Assembly (NCBI GenBank): GCA_039799785.1
Contig: JBDLRZ010000078.1
Coordinates: 2,973-66,972 of the forward strand
Source: Bacillota bacterium
Lineage (GTDB): Bacteria; Bacillota_I; Bacilli_A; RFN20; CAG-826
DNA: 64,000 nucleotides
Reading direction: 5' to 3'
This document shows positions 29,000 to 39,047 of this stretch, piece after piece. The translations under genes and the position numbers were made by a program. The notes beneath the pieces are model-generated. The model ran no database searches. It was not told the origin of the DNA and saw nothing but the letters and a program-made list of their open reading frames with translations. Position 1 is the first letter of the stretch, and every line of letters begins with the position of its first letter.

Positions 29000-31900
29000 T
29001 TATGCGTTGAATGCGTATTCAATTTTTTCACCTTCTATTTCAAAAACAAAGTTTAATTCATAAGGTTCTTGACTTAAGGTAGTTAAAATACCACTTGGAT
29101 TTGTAAACGGATTTGGTGTTGTGACCGTAACAATTAAGGCCGAAAGACCATCAAAACCAGAATTCGTAACAATTCTAGCAGCATAAAATAATTGTCCAAC
29201 TTTACTTAAATATGTATTTGACCATCCTGCATAGTTCGTAGCTGTAGGATAAGGCCCACCCGTCACATTCAATGAAATTCTAGAACCCATTTTGATAAGG
29301 GCAGCTTTCATAGCAGTGATATCAGATGAGTTGGGAGTTCCACTAACACCTTTAATAGCAGATAAAAATTCAAGTGACCCTTCTAGACCTATTGCTTCGA
29401 TTGGGTTCAATAGTTCAAAATCAGTATTGCCATCTTGGTTCAAATCATAAAAATTTAATTGTTTAGATATATTATTGGCATCACCGAAAAATATAGCATT
29501 GGTATCTTCTACGATTGCATATTCGCCTTTAAAAATATCGGTGAAAAATCCTGCAGATAATTCTGAAACCATAAAAGCCCGATCTATGATAGTTTGCCCA
29601 GTAGCCATATAAGTCAAATCAATAAGCGAACGCATTTCACTACTATATTGATCTAGACTAGATGCGTCTGATAAACTCGTAAAATTAGAAATAACCCCTA
29701 TAAATTGGTCTAATCGTGAAGCCTCAAAAACTTCATCAAAATCCCCACTAAATATTTCTTCAACTCGAATTACCTTTAATTCTTTATCAGAGGCTAAAGT
29801 GGTTAAGTAATCAAAATACTTACTTACACTTGCTGTATTTAAAAAGTTATAAAATGTTAAAGATCGTGTTTTAAAACTTCCAATTGTGGTTACATTAAAT
29901 GGCGTCAATCCTGTATTGGTGGCATCTGGATTCAATATTTTAGTCGCATTATTTCCAAATATTTGCGAATTACTTAATAAATTTACCAATGGATATAGGG
30001 AACCTCCATCAGCTAAAAAATTACTGACATTGAAGCCACCACTTATCGATATATACTCTTCTGTGATTTGATCATAAAAGCTATTTAATAATCCATCAAT
30101 AAGTCCAGAAGAAATGACGGTGCCAGGAAGAGTAGAATAATTCATAACGTTAATATCGGCTGATAAAAATTGAACCGGCGTTAATTCATAGGTTTCATTG
30201 TTTTCAGTATAGGTTCCAAAGTTGATGCTACTAAAAGCATCCTTAACCATTTTTTTTACAGCGTCTGCTGTCAGTGATGAATAATTTAAGACTGACATAA
30301 TTCTTCCAATTGAACTAGGAGACAAAGCTCCTGCATCTATACTTGAGGCATTACCTAAGTTAGGTAAAGCGACTTTTAGTTCCTTAAAAATTCTAAAGAA
30401 TGCATTGATTTCTCCTACATTTTCGTCATCAAGCCAGTTATCGGTTAAGTGGGTCGAATTATTGGTTGGAAAAAGCGTTACATAATTTAGAACTAATGCA
30501 TCTGCTTTCGCATTCGCATTTCCATAAACAGCGTCTGCCAAGCGAGCTGCATCATAAGCCAGGCTGGCCATACCTGTATCCTTAAACATTTTTGCCATCA
30601 TTTGCTCAAAGATTGTTAAATCATCAGCATCGGCAGTTGAAGGACCAGTTAAATGAAAGACTTGAGAATCATGTAAATCTCTTACTAAATTAGCCATATC
30701 ATCAATTGCTTGGTCTGATAAATCTTTAATTGAACCATAAGCACGATTACCAACAACTTTCACATCCGAGAAAATAGATAAAATTGCTGAAATTTCAGCG
30801 TTATCGTAAGGCATATATTGATCTCCAACTGAAAGATTATTAGGATCATTTCTTGTTCCTCTATAACGGAAATTGGCAAGAGTAAAATCAACACCTACTG
30901 AAGAAAAATCCCCTCCTTCTAGCATATTAGAGAATAAATTTGGAATTGCAGGATAAACAATTGTGGAGTTATTCATACTTAATAGTAGGTTTTCTATTTT
31001 CGCTAAACCTACTGGTGTATCAATTAAATTTGATAATGTATCAGAAGAGCCTGCTCCAGAAAAAGAAGCAAAATCTAAGTCTAAATCTTTAAAGGCTTCT
31101 AAAATGGAGATAATCTTTGAAATTTCTCCCGTGCTACCTTTCCAACTATCAGGATTAATTGAAACTGCAAAATTATTAGGAATTACACTTATATCATCTT
31201 GTAAATAGTTAAGTCGATTCGTGTTGCTTTCACCATCAAAAACAAATGTATCAAGTGTGGAAGTGTTTATGATCATTCTTACCGTTTGTTCAAAAATTGT
31301 TAAGTTATTGTTTGCATATGAATTGCCAGTCTTAAATGAATTAAATACATAAGAATCGTGCATTTTATTCAATAAGTCATTAAATAAAACTGGATTGATT
31401 AGTTCTGAAGTAAAGGCAGTTCCACCAGTTAAACCAATAGCATTGATATCTGAATAAATGTCTAAAATTTGGGAAATTTCTTGGCCCCTATCAATTTTAC
31501 TTGACTCAACATTAAAGTAATTTGTATTTGCATCGCTCATGGTTAAACCATTGATATTAAAGGAATCGGAATCAAAGATGTTACCAAATAGATTTCCAAT
31601 CGAGGGAGCGACTAATGTTGAGTTGTTCATTGACAATAATAAATTCTCTACTTTTGCTAGGCCCGGACCTGTACTCAATAAATCAGAAATCGCATCGCCA
31701 CCAAAGTTAGCAAAATCAATATCGGTTTCTTTAAAGGATTCAAGGATGCCAATAATTTGATTAATTTCACCGTTATTTCCAGTCCAATCATCATCCGTCA
31801 AACCATTGCCAAAATTATTTTCTAAATCCGCAATATCATCTTGCAGTAACAATAATCTATTTGCATTAATCGGCTCATCATAGATAAAGGTATCAAGGGT

Positions 31901-34900
31901 TGAGGTATTTAAGATCATCCGAACCGTTTGTTCAAAAATGGTTAAATCATCGAGTAAATAACTATTTCCTGATTTAAAGGAATTGAAAACATTAGAATCA
32001 TGCATTTTATTGAGTAAAGCATCAAATAAAACTGGGTCTATTAAATCAGCTGAAAATGCTGCTCCACCGGTAATACCAATACTATTGATATCCCAATAAA
32101 TATCGAGAATTAAACTAATCTCCGTTGCTCGATTGACTTTGAGTGGTTCTTGATTAAAAAAATTCGTGTTCGCATCTGACATGGTTAACCCACCAATATT
32201 AAATGCATCAGAACCAAAAACATTTCCAAATAAATTTCCTATGGCAGGTGAAATTATGGTTGATTCATTCATGGATAATAAAAGATCTTCTACTTTTCCT
32301 AATCCAACTTCTGTATTCAATAAATCACCAATTGCATCTCCACCAAAGTTGGTAAAATCAATACCGGTATTAACAAAGGCCACCATGATATCAACAAAGC
32401 GTTGAATTTCGCCATCGATGCCATCCCAATCATCCGGTGTTTCCGTTCCAAAATTATTATCAAGTGACGTCATGTCTTGATAAAGTGCTGCCTCTGTTTG
32501 AACTTCAGTAAGGCCATCATAAATAAAAGTGTCTAACGTAGCAGTGGTCAACAGAAATTGATAGGCTTGTTCAAACACGGTAAGGTCGCCATTGGTTCGT
32601 GAGCGACCTAATTTAAATGAATTAAATAAGGCAGCGTCGTGGAGAATCGTGAGTAAATCGCCAACCGTAAGAATGGTTGATTCGTCAAAATTTGCAATAT
32701 CAAAGGCACCCCCACCATCAAGGCCCATATCACTAATCGTGTCTAATAAGTCTGCGGTTGCTTGAATTTGTTGGGCACGACCAGCTTGATTTAAATCTAA
32801 AAATACAAAGGTATTTGTTTGTGATAATGAAAGGGAACCAATATCAAAATTTGAACCACCAAAAATAGAGTCATAAACGTTAAACACAAGCACCCTTAAA
32901 GATGATGCATTGTTCAATGCGAGTAATACATCGGAAATGGTTTGACCATTTAATCCTGTGCCAGAAGTAAGATCTGTAATCGATACAGATTGTAATTCTG
33001 CAATAAATCCAACGATATTTTCTAATTCACCACCAACGTATTCATATTGAATATCTCCATTGACGTCCAAAATTGGATCATTATTAATATCGGTGATCAT
33101 GGTCTTAACACCATACCAATTGGCTCTTGTTGAGGTTTGATTACTAATCGCATAGAAATCTTCGGTTACGATGGTGAAATTATCAGCTGGATTGTCATCC
33201 CATGTTGATTGATATGGAGAAGGATCTTCAAAATAACTGGCAAGATCAGCAATGCCGGTAAGTTGATCTAATAAAAAATCTGGAAAGACATAATCTCCAT
33301 TGGGTTTGATAAAGATTTGTGATGCGGCTAAGCCTTGTAGAAGTTCTTCAATCATCGTTACATCTGAATTTAAAAAATCGATATTTTCTAAACCATCAGC
33401 AAAATTAGTTAACTGCTTGACGAGATACATCAAGTTAGAACCTTCTTCTGTCCAAGATGTCACGTTTCTAAATGAAGTCCCTAAATCTGGATCTAATAAG
33501 CCACCTGTGGAACCAAATAAGTTATCGAGAATACCACCAAATGCAGCGGCAATAATTTCTGAACGATCTGCATAGGCAAAGATTTTGTAGAGTGTTGCCA
33601 CTTCTGGGTCATCGATATCTTCACTACCTGTTGTTAAGTCTTCTAAAGCTGCAAATAAATCGCCAGAAATATCGAGTAAACCTGATTCTAAAGCGGTTTT
33701 TAAGAAATTAATAAGGTGGAAATTTTCACCTCTAAAGGAAATGGTATCCAATTCATCCAATTTATCATTACCATTGGTGTCGATAAAAGTTGTGGTCCAT
33801 CCATTTTCCAAACCAGACGGTCCAACACGATTAAATCCTGTATCAATATCCGTCTCCTCGATACCAATGCCTTCAACTAACGAAAAGATTCCTTTGATGA
33901 TTTGATTAAAATTTGTGGTCTTATTGTTCGTATCAGGGTTTAGATTGATAATATCGGAATAATAAATATTATCGAGCAAACCAATTAAATCGTATGCAAT
34001 CGTCGGAAACTGATTCAATAAATCCGAGCTAGCGTCTAAAACATTAAACGCATATCCCATCATATCAACCACGATGGTTAATTCTCTGGATAAGCTTTCA
34101 AAATCAAAATTTAAATCAGCAGTCGTCAAAGAAATTAAACTTAAGAAGTCATCGAACCCAGCTCCAGTTAAAGTAGATTCAAGAATGCCAGGTACAACGG
34201 TTAAAATAATTTGTGAACGATCAAGAGAAGGAATTAAGTCTGCTTTTAAACCAAGTCTAAATTCTCCATCCTCAAGTAAAGCAAGAATATCAAGAGTTTG
34301 ACCAGGTTCTGGCTGGATCAAACTGATGAGCGTTTCATTTCCCAATACAGCCCCTAAAATACTGAAAATTCCACCAAATTCATCTTTGTAATCAATACGT
34401 ATGTCACCACTGGTTCCGGCATTAAAATCTGAGATGAGTTCATTTAATTCCGTGTCATCAAATTCTGCACCAGCGACACTCGTTAGCGTTGGCAATAGTA
34501 AATCCTCAACAATGGATGGTAAGCCATTTACGATTAAATCGGAATCCAATAAGGAACGACGATTGATTGCTTTACCAGTTGTGGGATCATTATTTATCGG
34601 TAAGCCATCTTCATCAACTTCCCCAATCAAAATTTCCACGAATAAATCAAAATGATCTTTTAACAAGTCAATTAAGGTTGGCGTTGGTTCATCAACTGCT
34701 TTTCTACCGAATGGAACTTGATCTTGATTCATGGGTAAAACAACATCAAGTAAACCATCAACTCCTTCATTTAGCTCATAAACCAATTCATAAATTAAAC
34801 TTAATTCTGAACCAAATGAAATCGATTCATATTCGCTCCATTCTGTTGGTAAAAAAGTGGATAAACCGATACCACCTGCAGGGCCTCCTGCTTCGACTTC

Positions 34901-36229
34901 ATCCGTCACTAATTGATATAAAACTGCAGGAATGACTTGTGATAAAAATGGAGATTCATCAAGGGTTTCCAACATCATGATTACTTCATCTTTTGCCTGA
35001 GCGGTAAACATTGAATTTAGAAGGGTTAATGTGTCTGTATTGCCTTCAAGAATTGGGGTTAAAACGCCAGAACGAATGACACCAGTGAAAATATCGCCAA
35101 GATATTGAAGTTCTTCTTCCCAAACCAAATCATCCAACGTAATTAAGTCGGAATCTAAATACGCAGAAACTTCATCTAAATTAAGTCCAATTGTAACTGC
35201 AATCGGTAGAATTTTCATGATTAACACTGATCCAGTTAATGATGTAATTAAATTATTCACAACATCTTCCGTGATTAATAAAGATGTGTCGATTGTACTA
35301 AATGTGCTATCCACTGCACCGCTACCAATGAGCGTTGCTGCAATATCTACAAATGAACCCAATTCATTCGCGAGTGTTAATCGATATGCATCTAAATCTT
35401 GTCCAGTGACATAATCCATTAATGCGGTGTCAATACTTAGACCATCATCCGTTAGCGACCAAGAAAATAAAGTTTGGGCAAAAGTTGAATCATTATAGGC
35501 ATTCACAAAAGACATGATTTCGTTATAAAGTTCACCATCAATTTGATCACCATACTCATCATCAAAATCTTTAAATGAACCGGTGATGGTGTTAACCAAG
35601 GATGTAAAAGGTGAAAGAAACATCGTTAATACCAACACCATTTTTAATGCTCCCGCTAAAGCACCAAAAAGTCTCATTTTTGCCTTTTTTCTAAGGTTTC
35701 TTGGAATTAAAAAGCGGAAAGGTATGAAGTAAAGGATGGCTGCAATGGTTTCACCAAGGAAGAATATGATGACTGCCAAGACGATGAAAACGAGATATCT
35801 TAAAATTACCAATGTTAAACCAATTATTAAATCTGCAATGGCAGGGGTGATAAAAAAACCGAACGCAAGCAGAGACTGCTCTAATATTTCATAAATCGTT
35901 TCATATGGGGTCGTAACAGCAACAATGATGGGTGCTCCATTTAAATTAAGTGAAATTGAACTAAAACCTGCGCTTGAAGCTAAACTTGAAATATCAAAGT
36001 CCATTGCAAAATCAACTATCTGCCGTGTAAATAAAACCGAAGCAATAACTAATCCACCAACAAAAAATAACCGAAAACCTTCTCGCCAAATGCCTCTTAA
36101 AAAACCTAAAATAAATCCTAATGCAACCATGCCAAAAATTCCATATAGGGCGTAATCTAAATACTGTGCAATCTGGCCTGGATCAATTCCAAAACTTAAA
36201 ATCGTTTGCATATTAAACCTCCAAGGCAT
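29000..36229 (-). CDS. Giant (2409 aa) cysteine-free, acidic, membrane-anchored repeat protein; putative surface protein of unknown function.
   Basis: Single uninterrupted ORF. N-terminal roughly 215 aa contains about 5 hydrophobic helices. The remaining roughly 2200 aa is D/E/N/S/T/G-rich with no Cys. At least 3.5 tandem roughly 210-aa repeats (TLDTFIYD...NNFG...DDW...GEI...DIDFxNFGGDA...LLLSMNxST...IGNLFGN...GLTMSDANTN...LLNKMHDS.VFNSFK). Confidence 0.8.
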   Translation of the reverse strand: MPWRFNMQTILSFGIDPGQIAQYLDYALYGIFGMVALGFILGFLRGIWREGFRLFFVGGLVIASVLFTRQIVDFAMDFDISSLASSAGFSSISLNLNGAPIIVAVTTPYETIYEILEQSLLAFGFFITPAIADLIIGLTLVILRYLVFIVLAVIIFFLGETIAAILYFIPFRFLIPRNLRKKAKMRLFGALAGALKMVLVLTMFLSPFTSLVNTITGSFKDFDDEYGDQIDGELYNEIMSFVNAYNDSTFAQTLFSWSLTDDGLSIDTALMDYVTGQDLDAYRLTLANELGSFVDIAATLIGSGAVDSTFSTIDTSLLITEDVVNNLITSLTGSVLIMKILPIAVTIGLNLDEVSAYLDSDLITLDDLVWEEELQYLGDIFTGVIRSGVLTPILEGNTDTLTLLNSMFTAQAKDEVIMMLETLDESPFLSQVIPAVLYQLVTDEVEAGGPAGGIGLSTFLPTEWSEYESISFGSELSLIYELVYELNEGVDGLLDVVLPMNQDQVPFGRKAVDEPTPTLIDLLKDHFDLFVEILIGEVDEDGLPINNDPTTGKAINRRSLLDSDLIVNGLPSIVEDLLLPTLTSVAGAEFDDTELNELISDFNAGTSGDIRIDYKDEFGGIFSILGAVLGNETLISLIQPEPGQTLDILALLEDGEFRLGLKADLIPSLDRSQIILTVVPGILESTLTGAGFDDFLSLISLTTADLNFDFESLSRELTIVVDMMGYAFNVLDASSDLLNQFPTIAYDLIGLLDNIYYSDIINLNPDTNNKTTNFNQIIKGIFSLVEGIGIEETDIDTGFNRVGPSGLENGWTTTFIDTNGNDKLDELDTISFRGENFHLINFLKTALESGLLDISGDLFAALEDLTTGSEDIDDPEVATLYKIFAYADRSEIIAAAFGGILDNLFGSTGGLLDPDLGTSFRNVTSWTEEGSNLMYLVKQLTNFADGLENIDFLNSDVTMIEELLQGLAASQIFIKPNGDYVFPDFLLDQLTGIADLASYFEDPSPYQSTWDDNPADNFTIVTEDFYAISNQTSTRANWYGVKTMITDINNDPILDVNGDIQYEYVGGELENIVGFIAELQSVSITDLTSGTGLNGQTISDVLLALNNASSLRVLVFNVYDSIFGGSNFDIGSLSLSQTNTFVFLDLNQAGRAQQIQATADLLDTISDMGLDGGGAFDIANFDESTILTVGDLLTILHDAALFNSFKLGRSRTNGDLTVFEQAYQFLLTTATLDTFIYDGLTEVQTEAALYQDMTSLDNNFGTETPDDWDGIDGEIQRFVDIMVAFVNTGIDFTNFGGDAIGDLLNTEVGLGKVEDLLLSMNESTIISPAIGNLFGNVFGSDAFNIGGLTMSDANTNFFNQEPLKVNRATEISLILDIYWDINSIGITGGAAFSADLIDPVLFDALLNKMHDSNVFNSFKSGNSYLLDDLTIFEQTVRMILNTSTLDTFIYDEPINANRLLLLQDDIADLENNFGNGLTDDDWTGNNGEINQIIGILESFKETDIDFANFGGDAISDLLSTGPGLAKVENLLLSMNNSTLVAPSIGNLFGNIFDSDSFNINGLTMSDANTNYFNVESSKIDRGQEISQILDIYSDINAIGLTGGTAFTSELINPVLFNDLLNKMHDSYVFNSFKTGNSYANNNLTIFEQTVRMIINTSTLDTFVFDGESNTNRLNYLQDDISVIPNNFAVSINPDSWKGSTGEISKIISILEAFKDLDLDFASFSGAGSSDTLSNLIDTPVGLAKIENLLLSMNNSTIVYPAIPNLFSNMLEGGDFSSVGVDFTLANFRYRGTRNDPNNLSVGDQYMPYDNAEISAILSIFSDVKVVGNRAYGSIKDLSDQAIDDMANLVRDLHDSQVFHLTGPSTADADDLTIFEQMMAKMFKDTGMASLAYDAARLADAVYGNANAKADALVLNYVTLFPTNNSTHLTDNWLDDENVGEINAFFRIFKELKVALPNLGNASSIDAGALSPSSIGRIMSVLNYSSLTADAVKKMVKDAFSSINFGTYTENNETYELTPVQFLSADINVMNYSTLPGTVISSGLIDGLLNSFYDQITEEYISISGGFNVSNFLADGGSLYPLVNLLSNSQIFGNNATKILNPDATNTGLTPFNVTTIGSFKTRSLTFYNFLNTASVSKYFDYLTTLASDKELKVIRVEEIFSGDFDEVFEASRLDQFIGVISNFTSLSDASSLDQYSSEMRSLIDLTYMATGQTIIDRAFMVSELSAGFFTDIFKGEYAIVEDTNAIFFGDANNISKQLNFYDLNQDGNTDFELLNPIEAIGLEGSLEFLSAIKGVSGTPNSSDITAMKAALIKMGSRISLNVTGGPYPTATNYAGWSNTYLSKVGQLFYAARIVTNSGFDGLSALIVTVTTPNPFTNPSGILTTLSQEPYELNFVFEIEGEKIEYAFNA
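30880..33200 (-). repeat. In-frame coding tandem repeats, period about 630-650 bp, at least 3.5 copies, inside the giant gene (approximate boundaries).
   Basis: Repeated protein blocks. Plus-strand shadow ORFs 30963, 31539 and 32166 share similar peptides (for example ASPPKLAKSI / ASPPKLVKSI) at about 630-650-bp offsets, showing nucleotide-level repetition. Confidence 0.7.
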
Positions 36230-36292
36230 TTACACCCTTATTTTATATGATTTCAGTATGCTATCATATGAAAAAGATAAATATATTTAAAG

Positions 36293-37060
36293 ATGTTAAT
36301 ACAGTCTAATCAAAATGAGCTTATATCAAGAAAACATTCGTTGGCACTTTTTTTTCTAGGCTGGCTAGGTTTATGGATATTTGCACTCATATTTGCGATT
36401 CTTATTCCAATCATTGCACCATGGTTTTTAACTCAAAGCGATGCAACTTTATTTCTAGAAAGTCCATTCTTTTTCCAACTCATTAATTTTTTAACTTATC
36501 TTTTCATCTTTTTGATTGGCCTAACGATATTATTACCTTATATAGGACGTTCATTTTTACCTGCAATACAATCTTCAAAATGGCTATTAGGATTACCGTT
36601 TACCTTTGTGATTCTTTTAAGTTCTTATGCACTCATCACTGTTTATGATTATCTTGGAATTGTCTTGGAAGATAATCAAAATCAAAGTGCGATTGTAACC
36701 CTTGTTCAAGATTCACCCATTATTTCACTGATTACATTTGGCTTTTTAGGCCCCATCGTTGAGGAATGGACTTATCGATTAGGTATTTTTAAGTACCTAA
36801 AACAGCGGAATAATCTACTAGCATACTTGGTAACTTTGACCATTTTTGGATTTATCCATTTTGATTTTACGGCAACTAATTTAGTCAATGAACTGTTAAA
36901 TTTACCGATTTATTTGATTGCCGGAGCTTGGTTTTGCTTCCTTTATGATAAATTTGGACTACAAGTCGCATTATCAACTCATATCATGAATAACGTATTC
37001 TCAGTCTTAGCGATTATATTAGAGGCGAATTTTATAAGTTCGTCAGGTTCATTGGTATGA
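36293..37060 (+). CDS. CPBP-family intramembrane metalloprotease (CAAX protease / Abi family)
   Basis: GPIVEEWTYRLGIF (EExxxR motif) and FGFIHF (FxxxH) signatures; 255 aa polytopic. Confidence 0.75.
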   Translation: MLIQSNQNELISRKHSLALFFLGWLGLWIFALIFAILIPIIAPWFLTQSDATLFLESPFFFQLINFLTYLFIFLIGLTILLPYIGRSFLPAIQSSKWLLGLPFTFVILLSSYALITVYDYLGIVLEDNQNQSAIVTLVQDSPIISLITFGFLGPIVEEWTYRLGIFKYLKQRNNLLAYLVTLTIFGFIHFDFTATNLVNELLNLPIYLIAGAWFCFLYDKFGLQVALSTHIMNNVFSVLAIILEANFISSSGSLV

Positions 37061-37914
37061 ATAACCCAAGAAGTTTTAGTGCTTATCAACTGAAATGGTT
37101 AGCAATTATGACGATGACAATCGATCACTTTGGAGTATTGGTTTTATTACCTTTTGCTCAAACTGAAAGCATTGCTACCCTTTACCTCATTGCAAGATTA
37201 ATTGGTCGACTTGCTTTTCCGTTATTTGGTTTTATGATCGCTGAAGGTATTTATCGTTCAAAAAAACCAATTCAATATATCGCTCGAATTGCGCTGATGG
37301 GATTATTTATTGGCATAGCCATGTTCTTATTAGGTGAATTTGGCATCCAAACTTTATCAGGTAACATTTTTATTGATTTAACCATGGCTGCACTCGCTAT
37401 GTATTTACTCAAACAACAACATGTGCTCATTCGCTTTTTGGCATTGATACCGATTTTTTATGTAATGATAACCAGTTTTACCAATCAATTTCCAAATTAC
37501 TTAAGTGCAGATTATGGCTTTTATGGATTGGTGATGATGATATTATTTTTCCTTTCTTATCAAAAATTGCCAACCTTTTTTTATCAATTGAACCCATTTA
37601 AATTCTCCTCAACGGAATTTACCATTGAACAAAAACGATATCAAATGGCGAGTGTCATTTTCATCCTCATGCATATACTTTGGTATATAATTAGTCTTGT
37701 TTTGAATGATGGATTGAATCTTTCAGGACCGATTGTTTCGTATATCAATCGATTTGTTGGTGCCCAAACCTATGCCGTGTTCGCTGCCTATTTTATTTAT
37801 CACTATCGAGGGGTCAAAGGTTCAACTCCAAAGTGGTTCCAAGTCTTCACATACTTATACTATCCATTACATTTTGTTGCCCTATACGCGATTTATTATC
37901 TTGTCAGTTTATAA
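37057..37914 (+). CDS. TraX-family membrane protein
   Basis: N-terminal LKWLAIMTMTIDHFG motif typical of TraX family; polytopic; 285 aa; 4-nt overlap with the CPBP gene. Confidence 0.6.
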   Translation: MNNPRSFSAYQLKWLAIMTMTIDHFGVLVLLPFAQTESIATLYLIARLIGRLAFPLFGFMIAEGIYRSKKPIQYIARIALMGLFIGIAMFLLGEFGIQTLSGNIFIDLTMAALAMYLLKQQHVLIRFLALIPIFYVMITSFTNQFPNYLSADYGFYGLVMMILFFLSYQKLPTFFYQLNPFKFSSTEFTIEQKRYQMASVIFILMHILWYIISLVLNDGLNLSGPIVSYINRFVGAQTYAVFAAYFIYHYRGVKGSTPKWFQVFTYLYYPLHFVALYAIYYLVSL

Positions 37915-37935
37915 ATTCATCTAGGAGGAAAAAAG

Positions 37936-38247
37936 ATGATTAAGAATATTACCAACGCCAAGGAATTTAATGAAATACTTTCAGGTACTAAAGGAAAAGT
38001 GATTGTTGATTTTTATGCAGATTGGTGTGGTCCTTGCAAAATGCAAGCACCTGTTCTGGATGATTTTTCAAAGAAAAAACCTGAAGTCGTCATTCTAAAA
38101 GTAAACGTCGATCAAAATGTTGATTTAGCAGAAGCACACGCCATCATGTCCATTCCAACGATGATGGTATTTAGCGATGGCAAACAAACCTATAAAAAAC
38201 CTGGTTTCCATGCGCTGAATGCTTTAGAAAACTTGTTGAATAACTAA
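37936..38247 (+). CDS. trxA: Thioredoxin
   Basis: WCGPCK active site, 103 aa. Confidence 0.92.
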   Translation: MIKNITNAKEFNEILSGTKGKVIVDFYADWCGPCKMQAPVLDDFSKKKPEVVILKVNVDQNVDLAEAHAIMSIPTMMVFSDGKQTYKKPGFHALNALENLLNN

Positions 38248-38304
38248 TTTATTGATTAGGATTTTCTTAACTTCTATTGTGTGTTAAGATAATTTCGTTG
38301 TCTT

Positions 38305-38378
38305 GCAGGTGTAGTTCAGTGGTAGAACATTAGCCTTCCAAGCTAATTACGCGGGTTCGATTCCCGTCACCTGCTCCA
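38305..38378 (+). tRNA. tRNA-Gly (anticodon UCC)
   Basis: Manual cloverleaf: acceptor GCAGGTG/CACCTGC, anticodon loop CTTCCAA, T-loop TTCGATT, 3' CCA encoded. Confidence 0.9.
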
Positions 38379-38405
38379 AAACAAGTTGAAACTTGTTTTT
38401 TTTTT
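38379..38405 (+). terminator. Rho-independent terminator after tRNA-Gly
   Basis: aaacaagt-tgaa-acttgttt hairpin followed by a run of 10 T. Confidence 0.65.
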
Positions 38406-38432
38406 ACATAAATACTTGGTAAAATAGAAGTA

Positions 38433-39047
38433 ATGAATTACGAAATTATTTTAGCAACAAACAACGAAGCTAAAATTGTTGAAATAAAGAGTTTTTTTAA
38501 AGACTATACCGTAACATTTTTAACCTTAGACGATGTTAAATTAAAGTTAAAACCAAAGGAAACAGGTAGAACTTTTTTAGAAAACGCTCTCCTTAAAGCG
38601 AAGGCTGTAAGTAAGCATGTGAATAAAACGGTTGTTGCGGACGATTCGGGTTTACAAATTGATGCCCTCCATGGTTTTCCAGGTGTCTATTCATCACGCT
38701 GGTTAGAAGACAAACCATACGAAGAAAAAAATAAAGAAATTTTACGATTGATGAACGTACATAAAAATAGAAAAGCCCAATTTACCAGTGCCTTTGTCAT
38801 CTTATATCCACATCAAGAAATGCGCTTCTTTGTTGGCACTACCATTGGAAAAATAACCCGAGAAATTGATCAAAATCAAAATGGATTCGGTTATGACCCT
38901 ATTTTTTATAGTGATGAACTGTTAAAAACCTTTTCCCAAGCTACCATTGAGGAAAAAAATAAAGTGTCCCATCGTGGTAAGGCCTCAGCGAAGTTACTCC
39001 AGTGTTTGTTAGATAAACGTTTAATTACAAAAATTAAATCAAGATGA
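38433..39047 (+). CDS. rdgB: Non-canonical purine NTP pyrophosphatase (RdgB/HAM1, dITP/XTPase)
   Basis: N-terminal ILATNNEAK and FGYDPIF motifs; 204 aa; TGA stop overlaps the next ATG (ATGA). Confidence 0.85.
   Translation: MNYEIILATNNEAKIVEIKSFFKDYTVTFLTLDDVKLKLKPKETGRTFLENALLKAKAVSKHVNKTVVADDSGLQIDALHGFPGVYSSRWLEDKPYEEKNKEILRLMNVHKNRKAQFTSAFVILYPHQEMRFFVGTTIGKITREIDQNQNGFGYDPIFYSDELLKTFSQATIEEKNKVSHRGKASAKLLQCLLDKRLITKIKSR

Noticed and set aside
30963-32405. Plus-strand ORFs of 73-81 aa (30963..31208, 31539..31760, 32166..32405 and others between 29886 and 36155) inside the giant gene
   Set aside because: They are antisense shadow ORFs of the 7.2-kb minus-strand CDS. Their mutual similarity reflects the sense-strand tandem repeats and is not evidence of independent genes.
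30880-33200. Possible CRISPR array suggested by the regular repeats
   Set aside because: The repeat unit is about 630 bp, in frame, and translated as part of a continuous ORF. There are no short direct repeats with unique spacers and no cas genes. No CRISPR is present.
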